Origin: Bryobacterales bacterium
GTDB taxonomy: Bacteria > Acidobacteriota > Terriglobia > Bryobacterales > UBA6623
Direction: 5' to 3'
DNA: 64,000 nt
NCBI GenBank assembly: GCA_041394905.1
Contig: JAWKHJ010000013.1
Span: 49,306-113,305 of the forward strand
The notes below the pieces were generated by a model. That model was not told the origin of the DNA and did no database searches. It saw only the letters and a program-made list of their open reading frames with translations. This document shows positions 20,730 through 31,658 of the stretch, piece after piece (position 1 is the first letter of the stretch; each line of letters begins with the position of its first letter). The translations under genes and the position numbers were made by a program.

Positions 20730-23700
20730 ATGGTTCGGCTTGTGGCGTTCGTCCCTTCGTTCGCGAGGCGTTCTGTTCTCTCCGCCTCGCTTGCAGTTTG
20801 CACAGCCTCTTTTCTGCCTGCTCAAACCGGGCAAGGCGTTCTCACCGGCATCGTCGCCGATGCATCCGGCGCCAGCATCCCTGGCGTCAACATCACTATC
20901 ACCAACCAAAACAGCGGGGTTTCTGCCACCACTGCAACCAACGAGACCGGTGTCTACTACACGCCCTATCTCAACCCGGGGTTCTATGACGTGTCCTTCG
21001 AGGGCGATGGGTTCAAGCGCATGGTGCGGACGGGGATCCAAATCCGCTCCACGGAAACCCAGCGTGTCGACGTGACTCTTGAAGTTGGCGCGGTCGTCGA
21101 GTCTGTCGAAGTCTCCGCCGCCGCGCAGATGCTCGAGACGGAATCCGCAGCAACCGGTCACCTGGTCACCGGACAACAACTCAACCGGCTGCCTACGCCT
21201 CAAATGAAAATCGAGTCGATGCTGTTCTATGTGCAAGGCGTTACCTCGCAGCGCGGAACTGGCCATGCGGCCGGCGGACGCACGCGTTGGTTCCAGATGA
21301 CAGGCGACGGCGTCTCCACCATGAATCCCGGCAACGGGACGATTGGCACGGGCCGCAACCTCTCGACCTCCGAGCACGCGATGGAAGAGGTCAAAGTGCT
21401 CACCACGTCACTGCCCGCCGAGTACGGCCATTCGGGCGGCGGCGTCATGAGCATCACCTATAAAAGCGGAACCAACCAGTTGCATGGCCTGGCCGAAGAG
21501 CGCTACGTCGCCAAACAAATGATCCATCGCAATTGGCAGGACGCTTCCGTTCCTCCGGGCAGTTTCGGTTTTCATTTGATGTCGGGTTCGCTCAGCGGGC
21601 CGATCAGGAGGAACAAAACATTCTTTCTTTGGGCCTTCCAGCGCCACCACGAGAAAGCTTCGGAAAACAACGATCGCGACGTTCCGACTCAGGAGATGAT
21701 GAACGGCGATTTCAGTTTTCCCGGCTCACCCGTTACACCGGACGTCATCTACGACCCGGACACGCTCGTGAGGGCCGCCGATGGCAGCTATTCCCGGACG
21801 GCTTTCGTGAACAATCAAATCCCCAAGAGCCGCTTCGATCCCGTGGCTTTGAATTTTCTTGCGCTGGACCCGTACCGCGATCCAAACAATCGCAACAACC
21901 AAACCTATTTCGATTCCACCGGGCCACGCAACAACTTGAGCGCGGATACGACCTACCGCTCGTATCGCACCAGCTTCGACCACAAGATCGACCACAACTT
22001 TTCGGACAAGCACCGCATCTTTGGGCGCTACTCCTACCATCGGCACCGGTCGTTCAACGGCCGTTGGCAAGTCCAGGTCGAGAACAAAATCTTCGACTAC
22101 AACTACACGCCACAGCCGATCGACCAACATCAGGTCGTTTTGTCCGATTCGTATACCATAAGCCCGACAACCATCAACGAGGTTCGCATAGGCTTCAACC
22201 GGCGCTTCCTACGTCGCATTCCGGAAAGCCTCAATAACGACTGGGCGGCGCAACTCGGCATTCCCGGCGTCGATCCGACAACCATGCCCTCGTTTCTCAA
22301 CGCGACCGGCGGACAGTTCTACTTCCGCTTCCCCGAAGGCCGCTCGACCGACGTCAACGAGAACATGAGTCTGCAGGAGAACCTGACGATGGTGCGCGGG
22401 CGCCATACGTTCAAAGTCGGCGTCGAACTGCTCAAGACGCGCATCAACTCCTATGTCGCCGCTCAGCCCTCGGGACGCTACAACTTGGCGGGCACGGAAT
22501 TTCCCTTCCGGCCGAACACCGGCCATCCTTTCGCATCACTGTTGCTAGGGACGGTCGGCAGCGCGCAGTTCACGAGCGACCTTGCGTCGTGGCTGCCTCA
22601 GTGGTTCAGTACCGCGGCCTATGCGCAGACCGACTGGAAGGTGACGCCGAAGTTGACGCTGAACCTGGGCGTGCGTTGGCAGACCGAGACGCCGTTCAAC
22701 ACCAAGTGGGGGCAGCAAAGCCAGTTCGACCCCACTGCCATCGACCCGCTTACCGGCAAGCAGGAGCGTTACTGCACCCAGCGCAGCCGCTCGCCTCGCA
22801 AGACTACAACAACTTCCAGCCCCGTGTAGGCGTCGCGTATAACTTCTCGCCGGAGTGGGTCTTCCGCGCCGGCTTCGGCCTCAATACGCTCGACCTGTGG
22901 TCGAACGGATTGCAGGAGAACTTCGAGGAATACCTCGCGACGGCCAACGTCGCGCGCGCACCTGGAGATCCGGCCTACGCCTTCAAGCTCTCACAAGGTC
23001 CGGGTCCGGTCGCCTTCGACATCCAACCTGACGGCTCCGCGCCGTTCAAAGGGACGAACTACTCGCAACGCAACATCTCGTGGTTCGACCCCAACATGCG
23101 TCTGCCCTACGTGATGAACTGGAACGCCGGATTCCAGCACCAGCTCAGCTCCAAGTGGCTCGTCGACCTGAGCTACCAGGGCTCGGGCGGCGTGGGCTTG
23201 CTCAACCGCTGGGACGTCAACGTCGTACCGCTCGACTATTCGAACGATTTTGCCGAGCTCGAGCGCGTGCGGCGTTCCTACCAGAACTTCAAGCCCTGGA
23301 ACCAGTTCGGCTCCATCAACCACTACGCCAACTACGGCCACAGCACCTACCACTCCGGCACGTTCAAAGTGGAGCGGCGCATGTCATCCGGTTTGCAGAT
23401 CACCTCGTTCTACACCTGGAGTAAGGCGATCGATCAGGACTCGGACGATGGCGCAGCCGGCGGCGTCACCTACTACAACCGCAGCCTCGAGAAGGGCCGC
23501 GCGGACTTCGACGTCCGGCACCGCTGGGTCAGCTACGCTATCCTCGACCTGCCGTTCGGCAAGAGCCGGCGCTGGTTGCAGAGCGGGGTCGGGGGCGCGG
23601 TCCTCGGCGGATGGCAGCTAGCGGCGATTCAGACGCTCGAGAGCGGAGCGCCGTTCAGCTTCACCCATGGCGGACGTTTGGCCAATGGCACGACCAACGT

Positions 23701-24130
23701 CTATCTGCCCGGCACTCGGCGGCCCGACATGGCCGATGGCAAGACCTACGACGACATCCAGCTCGAATGGGATCGCCGCGGGCCCTGCCGCCACATCCTC
23801 GCCTGCGCTTTGCCGTGGGCGGACATCAACGCCTTTGCCATTCCGGCTTCTTACGCCGTCGGCCAAATGGGCCGCAACGTCATCAACCAGCCGGGCATGG
23901 TTTGGCACCAGATCTCGCTCTCGCGCGAGATCCCGATTCGGGAACGGGTGAAGTTCTCAATGCGGTTTGACATGAACCAACCGTTCAAGATCCCGTTCTT
24001 CAACCCGCCTGGAAACAATGTGGATTTCCGCAATCCGCAGAGCTTCGGCAAGATCACGGGCACGATCGGCAGCTTCTCCGGCCAGGGAGGGCGAACCTAT
24101 ATGCACGTGATCTTCAAACTGGCTTTCTAG
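20730..24130 (+). pseudogene. TonB-dependent receptor with N-terminal carboxypeptidase-regulatory-like domain, one frame change near 22755-22765
   Basis: ORF 20730..22829 (GVLTGIVADASGASIPGVNITITN.., plug region) and ORF 22589..24130 (..DYNNFQPRVGVAYNF.. ending in ..VIFKLAF, a terminal-Phe barrel end) join as ..IDPLTGKQ/GALLHPAQPLASQDYNNFQPRVG. GGGAGG lies 9 nt upstream of ATG 20730. Confidence 0.85.
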
Positions 24131-24312
24131 CGCGAATCTCGCCTGACTCGCCCGCGCTTCCGGTCTCTGGGGCGCGGGCGACCCCATGGATTCGTCCCCA
24201 AAACCCCCCTTTAGAGCCCTAACACATTTCGCGGCCTGCCAGCGTCATAGCAAGCAAGGCCACAGCGAAACCATTCGAGGGTGGCTGAGGCCTCCTAGGA
24301 GGAAAGCGAACC

Positions 24313-24552
24313 ATGTTGTTGCATCGCATCTCTCGTTCGATTGGCGGACTGGCTTTGGCCGTTTGCCTCTCAGGTACTGCGCTGACGGGCATCGCTGCCG
24401 CGGCCGACAAGGCCAAGGACGCGAAACAAGAAGCGCGGGCCGAGGCGAAGGCTAAGAAGCACGAGAAAAAGGTCCACCAACGCGAGGCGAAGTATAAGAA
24501 ACACAATGGCGACGTCCATGTTCCCGCGTCCGAGAGGACGCCGAACCGCTAA
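24313..24552 (+). CDS. small secreted Lys-rich hypothetical protein
   Basis: 79 aa with signal-like SIGGLALAVCLSGTALTGIAAA followed by a KAKDAKQEARAEAKAKKHEKK tail. AGGAGG lies 10 nt upstream. Followed by a strong terminator. Confidence 0.45.
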   Translation: MLLHRISRSIGGLALAVCLSGTALTGIAAAADKAKDAKQEARAEAKAKKHEKKVHQREAKYKKHNGDVHVPASERTPNR

Positions 24553-24564
24553 CGGCGCTGTGAA

Positions 24565-24610
24565 CGAAAAACGTTCGGGCCGGCTGTGCCGGCCCGAACG
24601 CGCGTTTTTC
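24565..24610. terminator. bidirectional intrinsic terminator between 24313..24552 (+) and alaS (-)
   Basis: GAAAAA-CGTTCGGGCCGG-ctgtg-CCGGCCCGAACG-cgcgTTTTT. 12-bp GC-rich stem flanked by an A-tract and a T-tract. Confidence 0.7.
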
Positions 24611-24621
24611 CTGATCGGCTT

Positions 24622-27258
24622 CTAACCCGCCGTTTCCACGATCGAATAGACGCTCTCGATGGCTCCGGGTAGGGCTTTAGAGACTTTACAGCCTGACTCG
24701 GCCATATCCGGCAGCCCGCCGCCACGTCCGCCGACTTTCTCCGCCACCGCGCCCACGATCTTTCCCGCGTGGAACTTCTTACCGGCGAGGTCCTTGGTCA
24801 CACTGCACACCAGCGCGACGTTACCCTCTTCGGCTGAGCCGAGCACGATGACACCCGAGCCGATCTTGCCGCGCAGGGAATCGACGAGTGAGCGCAACTG
24901 GCCGCGGTCGAGCCCGTCGACCACTGCCGCGATAACCTTGACGCCATTCACATCCTTCGCCTGGGACGTCAGGTCCCCGGCGCCGGATTGCGCCAGCTTC
25001 GCCTTCAGCCGCTCGATCTCTTTCTCCGCCTCGCGCCGTTCGGCCAGGGCGCGCTCCACTGCGTCCACTACTTCCGGATCCGCCGCCTTCAGCAGACCGC
25101 CGATGCGGCGCACTTTCTCGAGCGCATCGCGGTAAAGCTCATACGCCCCCTCACCGGTCACGGCCTCGAGCCGCCGCACGCCGGCCGAGACGCTGCCTTC
25201 GCTGGTGATCTTGAAGACGCCGATGTCGCCCGTGCGCCCGACGTGGGTGCCGCCGCAGAGCTCCTTCGAGAAGTCGCCCACTTGCACCACCCGCACTTTG
25301 TCGCCGTACTTCTCGCCAAACAAGGCCATGGCGCCGGTCTGCACGGCGTTGTTCAGGTCCATCACGTCGGTGGTCACCGGTGTGTTGACCAGGATCTCGC
25401 GGTTGACGATGCGCTCGATCTCCTCGAGCTCGCCCGGTTCCACAGCGGCGTAGTGCGTGACGTCGAAGCGCAATCGGCCCGGGTCGACCACCGAGCCGGC
25501 CTGCTTGACGTGCGTGCCGAGCACTTGGCGCAGCGCGGCGTGGAGCAGGTGAGTCGCAGTGTGGTTCCGGCGCGTGGAATCGCGCAGATGCGCATCCACG
25601 CGCGCGTCAACAGGGTCGCCCATCGTCAGCTCGGCCAGCGCCTTGGCTTTGTGGACGTTGAGGCCTTTGACAGGCGCTTGCGTGTCCGAAATCCGTGCGA
25701 CCTCTTCGGCGCCCTTGAGCAGGAAACCCTTGTCGCCCACTTGGCCGCCCGATTCGGCATAGAACGGCGTGCGGTCGAGGACGATCTCGCAATCCTGTCC
25801 TGCTTCCACCCGCTCAACCGGCTGTCCGTCCACGAGCATGCCGACGATTTCGCAGCCCTTCTCATCGGTCTCCTCGTAGCCGAGGAACTTTGTCGGGTGC
25901 TGCTCGAAGATCTCCTTGTAGATCGGGGAAACCTTGGCCGCGTCACCGCCCTTCCACGAGGCGCGGGCGCGCTCGCGCTGCTGCTGCATCTCAGTCTCGA
26001 ATCCCTCGAGATCGATCGCCAGCTCGCGCTCGCGCGCCATTTCCATCTGCTCGTCCAGAGAGAGGCCGAACGTATCGTAGAGCTTGAAAGCGGCCGCGCC
26101 GGGGATCTTGCCGTCGACCACCTTGTCGAGCGCCGCTTCAAACTCGCGCTCAGCGGTGGCGAAGGTGCGCTGGTAGCGCAGCTCCTCTTCGCGGACGACG
26201 CGTTGCACACGCTCGATCGAGTCTTGCAGCTCGGGGTAGCCCGGCTTCATCAGGTCCGCGACGAATTGCGTCAGCTCGTAGAGGAATGGCTCCTCGCGTC
26301 CGGCCAACCGGGCGTGGCGCAGAGCGCGGCGCATGATCTTGCGCAGCACGTAGCCGCGGCCTTCGTTCGACGGCACCACACCGTCGTGGATCAGGAACTC
26401 CGTTGCGCGGGCGTGGTCGGCGATGATGCGCAAGGTCGCGCTGGTCTTCAGCCGCGGATCGTAGGGAACGCCAAGCATCTCGCCGGCGCGGTCGATGATC
26501 GGCCGGATCAGGTCCGTCTCGAAGTTCGACAGCTTGCCTTGCAGTACAGCCGCCGTACGCTCCAGGCCCATGCCCGTGTCAATCGAGGGGCGGGGAAGAG
26601 GCGTCAGATTGCCTTCCTTGTCCCGGTCGAACTGCATGAAGACCAGGTTCCATATCTCGACGTAGCGCGAGATGTCGGACGGGAAGGGCTCATCCTTCTC
26701 ATAAGGTTCGAGACCCGAGGGTCCGAAATCGTAGAAGATCTCCGAGCAGGGCCCGCACGGACCTGTGTCCCCCATCTGCCAGAAATTGTCTTTCGCGCCG
26801 CAGCGGAAGATGCGGCTGCGGCCGATGTCGGTGTGCTTGACCCACAGCTCCTCGGCCTCGTCGTCGTCCTCGAAAACGGTGACGTAGAGGCGGTCCTTGG
26901 GCAGGCCGTAGACCTCGGTGACGAGCTCCCAGGCGAACTGGATGGCATCCTTTTTGAAGTAGTCGCCAAAGGAGAAGTTGCCCAGCATCTCGAAGAACGT
27001 GTGGTGCCGGCGCGTGTAGCCGACGTTCTCGAGGTCGTTGTGCTTGCCGCCGGCACGGACGCATTTCTGCGACGTAGTCGCGCGGGAGTAGTCGCGCTTT
27101 TCCGCCCCGAGGAAGACGTCCTTGAACTGGTTCATCCCCGCATTGGTGAACAGCAGCGTCGGGTCGTTCGCGGGCACGAGCGAGGAGCTCGGAACGATGC
27201 GGTGGCCTTTGGACTCGAAGTAGCGGAGAAACTTCTCCCGGATTTCGTTGCCAGTCAT
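24622..27258 (-). CDS. alaS: alanyl-tRNA synthetase
   Basis: 878 aa intact ORF. FTNAGMNQFKD, RRHHTFFEMLGNFSFGDYFK and HTATHLLH..GGTHV editing-domain motifs, plus a C-terminal DHHA1-like region. Confidence 0.97.
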   Translation of the reverse strand: MTGNEIREKFLRYFESKGHRIVPSSSLVPANDPTLLFTNAGMNQFKDVFLGAEKRDYSRATTSQKCVRAGGKHNDLENVGYTRRHHTFFEMLGNFSFGDYFKKDAIQFAWELVTEVYGLPKDRLYVTVFEDDDEAEELWVKHTDIGRSRIFRCGAKDNFWQMGDTGPCGPCSEIFYDFGPSGLEPYEKDEPFPSDISRYVEIWNLVFMQFDRDKEGNLTPLPRPSIDTGMGLERTAAVLQGKLSNFETDLIRPIIDRAGEMLGVPYDPRLKTSATLRIIADHARATEFLIHDGVVPSNEGRGYVLRKIMRRALRHARLAGREEPFLYELTQFVADLMKPGYPELQDSIERVQRVVREEELRYQRTFATAEREFEAALDKVVDGKIPGAAAFKLYDTFGLSLDEQMEMARERELAIDLEGFETEMQQQRERARASWKGGDAAKVSPIYKEIFEQHPTKFLGYEETDEKGCEIVGMLVDGQPVERVEAGQDCEIVLDRTPFYAESGGQVGDKGFLLKGAEEVARISDTQAPVKGLNVHKAKALAELTMGDPVDARVDAHLRDSTRRNHTATHLLHAALRQVLGTHVKQAGSVVDPGRLRFDVTHYAAVEPGELEEIERIVNREILVNTPVTTDVMDLNNAVQTGAMALFGEKYGDKVRVVQVGDFSKELCGGTHVGRTGDIGVFKITSEGSVSAGVRRLEAVTGEGAYELYRDALEKVRRIGGLLKAADPEVVDAVERALAERREAEKEIERLKAKLAQSGAGDLTSQAKDVNGVKVIAAVVDGLDRGQLRSLVDSLRGKIGSGVIVLGSAEEGNVALVCSVTKDLAGKKFHAGKIVGAVAEKVGGRGGGLPDMAESGCKVSKALPGAIESVYSIVETAG

Positions 27259-27327
27259 GTTGGGTGTTGGTAAAACCGCCGCTGCGGACCAGCGGCATTG
27301 GCGCTTGGAGCCGTAAGCCTCAGCTTA

Positions 27328-28509
27328 TCAAAGACCTTTGCCGCTCACCGCAGCCGCCGCGGCGCGAATGATCCCGGCGCCGAACGCTTGCCAGTCCTCG
27401 ATCGAGCGGAATCTTCCACCGAGCTTGGGGTGTCGCGAAACGCGCGATTCCATCAGCATGGCCGGGATTCCGAAGTCCGCGAAAAGCCCTTGGTTCACCG
27501 TCATGCGGCCCTTCATCCCGGGTGTGCTCGAGATGGCGGCGTCCTGCGGCTCTTTGCGGGTTTCTTCGAAGTTGCTGATGGCGGTGAGGTTGCGCCGGAA
27601 CAGATTGACGAGATCGCGATACTTCTCCGGTCCCTCGACATACTCACCCGTTTCCGTGTTGTGGAGTGAGAGGAAGAAGTCGATGCGGCCTCCCCGCTTC
27701 AGCCAGCGCTCGATGGCGCCGTGTTGCGCCGCAATCTCGGGCATGAGCTTGGGGTCGATGTTGTCCCAGTTGCGGTTCAGGTCGTAGCCGTTGACGTTGA
27801 AGCGCACGCCGCCGATCTCGATGCCGTCCGGGTCCGCGACGGGGAACACCTTCCAGAGGAACTGCTTGCGCAACTGGGCGGCTTCGTCGGAGTCGCCGAG
27901 CAGAAACCGCATCGCCCCGTCGCCTGCCCACGACGTGCCGGACTCCCAGGAGTGTTGCCGGAACATCAGCCAGATCACTGGCGCGTCCGCCGGGGCTTCG
28001 CTGATCGTCCAGAGCGGCATCGGACGTCCCTCGACGGTCCAGCCGGCCGGCGCGCGGTCGAAGTAGGGCTTCTTGTAGAAATCGGCCTCGAGTCTGGCGA
28101 GGTTCCCAAGGGTGTAGGGCGGTGTGTGGGCGATCCAGAGCGTGTCGCTCTCGGGCGTGATGTGGAAGCGCAGCTCCTTCTTGTCGTCGTCCCACTCGAT
28201 GGTTTCGACGTTGGTCCAGGTCGCGTCGTCGTAGCTAAAGACGGGGTGAGTGTCCTTGCTGACGGCGTGCGAGCCGGGCTTGTAGTTGTATTCGCCGACG
28301 ACGTCGGTCAGCTCGATCGTGAGCGGCCGGCCCTTCACGCCGTCGAGCCGAAAGTAATACCAGTTAGCTTGGCGATTGCGGCCATCCTGGTCCGCCTGGC
28401 CCTCGACGTGGACGCGCAGGTGGTCGGGCGAGACCCAGTCCGCCTTGCCGACGGTTCCGCCTGGGAAGTCGGCGATGAGTGCGGCGGCGAAGAGGGCGAG
28501 GTGCAGCAT
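27328..28509 (-). CDS. M14-family zinc carboxypeptidase-like protein (cytosolic-carboxypeptidase-type with N-terminal beta-sandwich)
   Basis: FRQHSWESG (HxxE), ADPDG..NGYDLNRNWD and FFLSLHNTE motifs. Short signal-like N-terminus. Confidence 0.7.
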   Translation of the reverse strand: MLHLALFAAALIADFPGGTVGKADWVSPDHLRVHVEGQADQDGRNRQANWYYFRLDGVKGRPLTIELTDVVGEYNYKPGSHAVSKDTHPVFSYDDATWTNVETIEWDDDKKELRFHITPESDTLWIAHTPPYTLGNLARLEADFYKKPYFDRAPAGWTVEGRPMPLWTISEAPADAPVIWLMFRQHSWESGTSWAGDGAMRFLLGDSDEAAQLRKQFLWKVFPVADPDGIEIGGVRFNVNGYDLNRNWDNIDPKLMPEIAAQHGAIERWLKRGGRIDFFLSLHNTETGEYVEGPEKYRDLVNLFRRNLTAISNFEETRKEPQDAAISSTPGMKGRMTVNQGLFADFGIPAMLMESRVSRHPKLGGRFRSIEDWQAFGAGIIRAAAAAVSGKGL

Positions 28510-28642
28510 GGCGCTAGGGTCTCAGAAACCGAGCCGCGCTCGCCAGGGCGTGGATGGATTCCGTTGCTGTGTATGCCCCTAACGCCGAACCGCGCCATTG
28601 CTGGCGCGGCTCTGTTTGCTAATGCCTGTACCAGACCGTTTG

Positions 28643-29578
28643 CTACACCATTGTCAGCCAGCCAAAGCGGTCTTCCACTTCGCCGGTGATGATGGCCTGG
28701 AAAGCCGCCTGCACCTTTTCGGTGATCGGCCCGCGCTTGCCCGCGCCCACCTGGATACGGTCCACCGAGCGGATCGGAGTCACTTCCGCCGCCGTGCCGG
28801 TGAAGAACAGCTCATCGGCGATGTAGAGCCACTCGCGCGGAATTGCCTGCTCCACAACGGGGATGCCCGCTTCCTTCGCAAGCGTGATCGCGGTGTTGCG
28901 CGTGATGCCGGGCAGCGCCGAAGTTCCGAGCGGCGGCGTGTAGATGACGCCGTCGCGGATCAGGAATACGTTTTCGCCCGAGCCTTCGCTCACATAACCC
29001 GACGCGTCGAGTGCGATGCCTTCGGCGTAGCCGTTGACCTTCGCTTCCATCTTGATGAGCTGCGAATTCATGTAGTTCGCTGCCACCTTCGCCATCGCCG
29101 GCAAGGTATTGGGCGCGATGCGCGTCCACGAGCTCACACACACGTCCACGCCCTGCTCGAGCGCTTCCGGACCAAGATACTTGCCCCACTCCCAGCAGCA
29201 AATGTAGATCTCGATCGGGTTGCCCGTCGACAGCACGCCGACCTCCCCGTAGCCACGAAAGACGATCGGGCGGATGTAGCACGACTTGAGGCCGTTCTTC
29301 CGCACGAGCTCAACGCAGGCGTCGGCGATCTGCGACTGCTCGAATTTCTGGATCTCCATGCGGTAGATCTTCGAAGAGTCGTACATCCGCCGTACGTGTT
29401 CGGGAAGTCGAAAGACGGCAGGGCCTTTCTTGGTTTCGTAGCAACGAATGCCTTCGAAGACGCTCGTGCCGTAATGCAACGCGTGAGTCAGGATGTGGAC
29501 TTTCGCGTCATCCCACGCGATCCACTCCCCGTTGCGCCAGATCTTGCTGGTGGGGGTAACCATAACGAATTTTACCAT
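28643..29578 (-). CDS. ilvE: branched-chain amino acid aminotransferase
   Basis: 311 aa intact [19 protein letters not shown], ..EGSGENVF.. and GITR motifs typical of IlvE (fold type IV). Confidence 0.93.
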   Translation of the reverse strand: MVKFVMVTPTSKIWRNGEWIAWDDAKVHILTHALHYGTSVFEGIRCYETKKGPAVFRLPEHVRRMYDSSKIYRMEIQKFEQSQIADACVELVRKNGLKSCYIRPIVFRGYGEVGVLSTGNPIEIYICCWEWGKYLGPEALEQGVDVCVSSWTRIAPNTLPAMAKVAANYMNSQLIKMEAKVNGYAEGIALDASGYVSEGSGENVFLIRDGVIYTPPLGTSALPGITRNTAITLAKEAGIPVVEQAIPREWLYIADELFFTGTAAEVTPIRSVDRIQVGAGKRGPITEKVQAAFQAIITGEVEDRFGWLTMV

Positions 29579-29645
29579 TATGCCCGAAGCGAAACGGGCC
29601 TTCTCGAAGTGTAACCCGACGCCTCGCGCTTGTCTGCGGGGCGGC

Positions 29646-30458
29646 TCAGACGGCTACGCCGAAAACTCCTTTCAGCGCATAGGCCGTGACGATCGAGACG
29701 AGTAGAAACCAGACCAGCCAGTGGAGCTGAAACCCAAATGCATCGATTTCCGCCGCCGGATAGGCCACATCCACGGCCTGCACACCCGCCACGTCCAGTA
29801 GGGGCTCGCCCGGCGAAGCGAACTGGTCCCACGTTGAGCTGACCCGGCGGTGTGAGACGTAACGCAACCCTTCGCCCGCGTCGATCGACTTGGTCCACTG
29901 CTTGTCTGGCCAGTCAAACCCGAGCTCGCCGTGCTCTGGCGCGGCGGCCCGCACGCGCCAGTTGATTTGGCCGAGCTCCGGTGCGCGCACGGCCGGAGTC
30001 TCCACCGCTACGCCCTGGGGCGCGGTCACGGTTGGCGGAGCTTCCGCTGCCGCGTCGGCCGTCTCCACTGTGACGACAGCCGCCTCGCCCGGCCGCAGCG
30101 CTCGGATGCCGTAGATTGCATCCAGGTGGAACAGTAGAACGATCATCGGGATGGTGAGGATGAGCGCCGGCTTGAACATGTGGGCCATGTACTTGAGGTT
30201 GGCCACGATCAAGTTCCCCTGCGCGCGGAACAGCAGCCCCGGGTCGTCGCCGTAGAGCCGCAGTTCAAGCAGGTAGGCCTGCATCTTCTTCTTGGCTCGC
30301 TCGATCGCTTTCTGGTTGGAAGTCTTGCCGAACACCCACAGCATCGCCACCCCGATCAGCGCGGAGAGCGGGATCAGGCTGGCTAACGGGTGCGCGTCGC
30401 CGAACAGGCCGATATAGGCCTCCAGGACGCCGCGAATGAGCGAGTGAAAGAAGCTCAC
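29646..30458 (-). CDS. three-TM membrane protein with DUF106/EMC3-like (Oxa1-superfamily) layout and a large insertion of about 130 aa
   Basis: TM1 is [20 protein letters not shown] basic coiled region [46 protein letters not shown] contains TM2. After a long soluble segment comes TM3, [26 protein letters not shown]. The similarity to DUF106 is from pattern memory, not a search. Confidence 0.55.
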   Translation of the reverse strand: MSFFHSLIRGVLEAYIGLFGDAHPLASLIPLSALIGVAMLWVFGKTSNQKAIERAKKKMQAYLLELRLYGDDPGLLFRAQGNLIVANLKYMAHMFKPALILTIPMIVLLFHLDAIYGIRALRPGEAAVVTVETADAAAEAPPTVTAPQGVAVETPAVRAPELGQINWRVRAAAPEHGELGFDWPDKQWTKSIDAGEGLRYVSHRRVSSTWDQFASPGEPLLDVAGVQAVDVAYPAAEIDAFGFQLHWLVWFLLVSIVTAYALKGVFGVAV

Positions 30459-30476
30459 GGCAGACGCAAAGGGAAT

Positions 30477-30674
30477 CTACTCGATGTAGCCGAGGCCTTG
30501 CAGCTTTTTGAGGATCTCTTCGTCCGATTCACCCTCTTCAATCGACGAGAGCTCCTTCTCGAGCACGTGCTGCACGAATTCCTGCGGCGAGGAGTATCCC
30601 GCCGCGTCGGCGCAGCGCTTGACGCGTTCAAACATCTCTTTGTCGAGCTTGATCGTGGTGGAAGATCCGAGCAT
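30477..30674 (-). CDS. small ribbon-helix-helix (CopG-like) protein
   Basis: The internal ATG at 30674 gives MLGSSTTIKLDKEMFERVKRCADAAGYSSPQEFVQHVLEKELSS.., a beta strand followed by two helices. It fits the gap between fcl and the membrane protein. The longer ORF start (30749) would overlap fcl. Confidence 0.5.
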   Translation of the reverse strand: MLGSSTTIKLDKEMFERVKRCADAAGYSSPQEFVQHVLEKELSSIEEGESDEEILKKLQGLGYIE

Positions 30675-30685
30675 ATGCCTTTCCG

Positions 30686-31657
30686 CTACCCCCGGTATTG
30701 TACCGGTTCGATTGCGGCTTCCGCGCCGGGGCCTTCGCTGAGGTACCAACGGTAGAGCGTCCGTATGCCATGCTCGAGCGGAATCTTCGGCTTCCAGCCG
30801 AGCGCTCGCAGACGTGAGATGTCGAGCAACTTGCGCGGCGTCCCATCCGGCTTGGAAGAATCGAACTCGATGGCGCCCTGGTAGTCGACGACCCCGGCCA
30901 CGATCTCCGCAAGCTCTCGAATGGTCACGTCCTCACCGCAGCCTACGTTGACGATCTTGTCGCTGTCGTACTCGCGCATCAGCAGCAGCGCGGCGTCGGC
31001 CAAATCGTCTACGTGCAGCAACTCGCGCCTGGGCAGGCCCGTCCCCCACAGCGTCACGCTCGTGCGTCCATCGCGCTTAGCTTCGTGGAAGCGCCGCAGC
31101 AGCGCCGGCAGAACGTGCGAAGTTTCGAGATCGAAGTTGTCTCCCGGCCCATACAGATTGGTCGGCATGAGGCTGATGCCACGGAAGCCGTATTGTCGTC
31201 GGCAGGCCTCGACCAGCTTCAGGCCGGCGATCTTCGCCACAGCGTAAGGCTCGTTGGTCGGCTCGAGCGGCCCGCTCAACAAGGCGTCCTCGTGGATGGG
31301 CTGCGGCGCCATCTTGGGGTAAACGCACGACGAACCCAAGAAGAGCAGCTTCTCAACGCCCGAACGCCGGGCCGCCTCGATCACGTTCGTCTGGATCTGC
31401 AAGTTCTCGAGCAGAAAGTCGGCCGGCCGGTTCTGGTTGGCGCGGATCCCGCCCACCCGCGCCGCCGCCAGGAAGACGTAGGCCGGACGCTCGTCGGCAA
31501 AAAAGGCTTCGACGTCAGCTTGGCGCGTCAGATCGAGCTCGCGGCGGGCGCGTGTGATCAGGCGAGTCGCTCCGTCCGCCTGCAACCGGCGCAGGATCGC
31601 GCTTCCGACCAGCCCGCGGTGGCCGGCGACGAATATGGGCGCGTGAAGATCCATCAA
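30686..31657 (-). CDS. fcl: GDP-L-fucose synthase
   Basis: 323 aa. IFVAGHRGLVGSAI, LGSSCVYPK, YAVAKIAG and NLYGPGDNF motifs. Confidence 0.92.
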   Translation of the reverse strand: MMDLHAPIFVAGHRGLVGSAILRRLQADGATRLITRARRELDLTRQADVEAFFADERPAYVFLAAARVGGIRANQNRPADFLLENLQIQTNVIEAARRSGVEKLLFLGSSCVYPKMAPQPIHEDALLSGPLEPTNEPYAVAKIAGLKLVEACRRQYGFRGISLMPTNLYGPGDNFDLETSHVLPALLRRFHEAKRDGRTSVTLWGTGLPRRELLHVDDLADAALLLMREYDSDKIVNVGCGEDVTIRELAEIVAGVVDYQGAIEFDSSKPDGTPRKLLDISRLRALGWKPKIPLEHGIRTLYRWYLSEGPGAEAAIEPVQYRG

Positions 31658-31658
31658 A

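Noticed and set aside
24291-24302. Perfect 12-nt palindrome CCTCCTAGGAGG overlapping the Shine-Dalgarno sequence of the small Lys-rich ORF (possible SD-sequestering hairpin).
   Set aside because: As a hairpin it would have a 2-nt loop or none, which is sterically implausible. It is more simply an AGGAGG ribosome-binding site next to a chance complement.
24988-27273. 761-aa plus-strand ORF, one of the longest in the track. Similar long ORFs are 752..2008, 3591..4874, 13028..13900, 28598..29614, 34439..35731, 36953..37987 and 58044..59159.
   Set aside because: All lie antisense to genes with unmistakable family signatures (alaS, ydeP-like, glnS, the amidase gene, ilvE, the M3 peptidase gene, the enolase-family gene, the GT gene). 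Their translations are Arg/Ala/Gly/Val-rich low-complexity strings. This is the usual stop-codon-poor antisense artefact of high-GC DNA.
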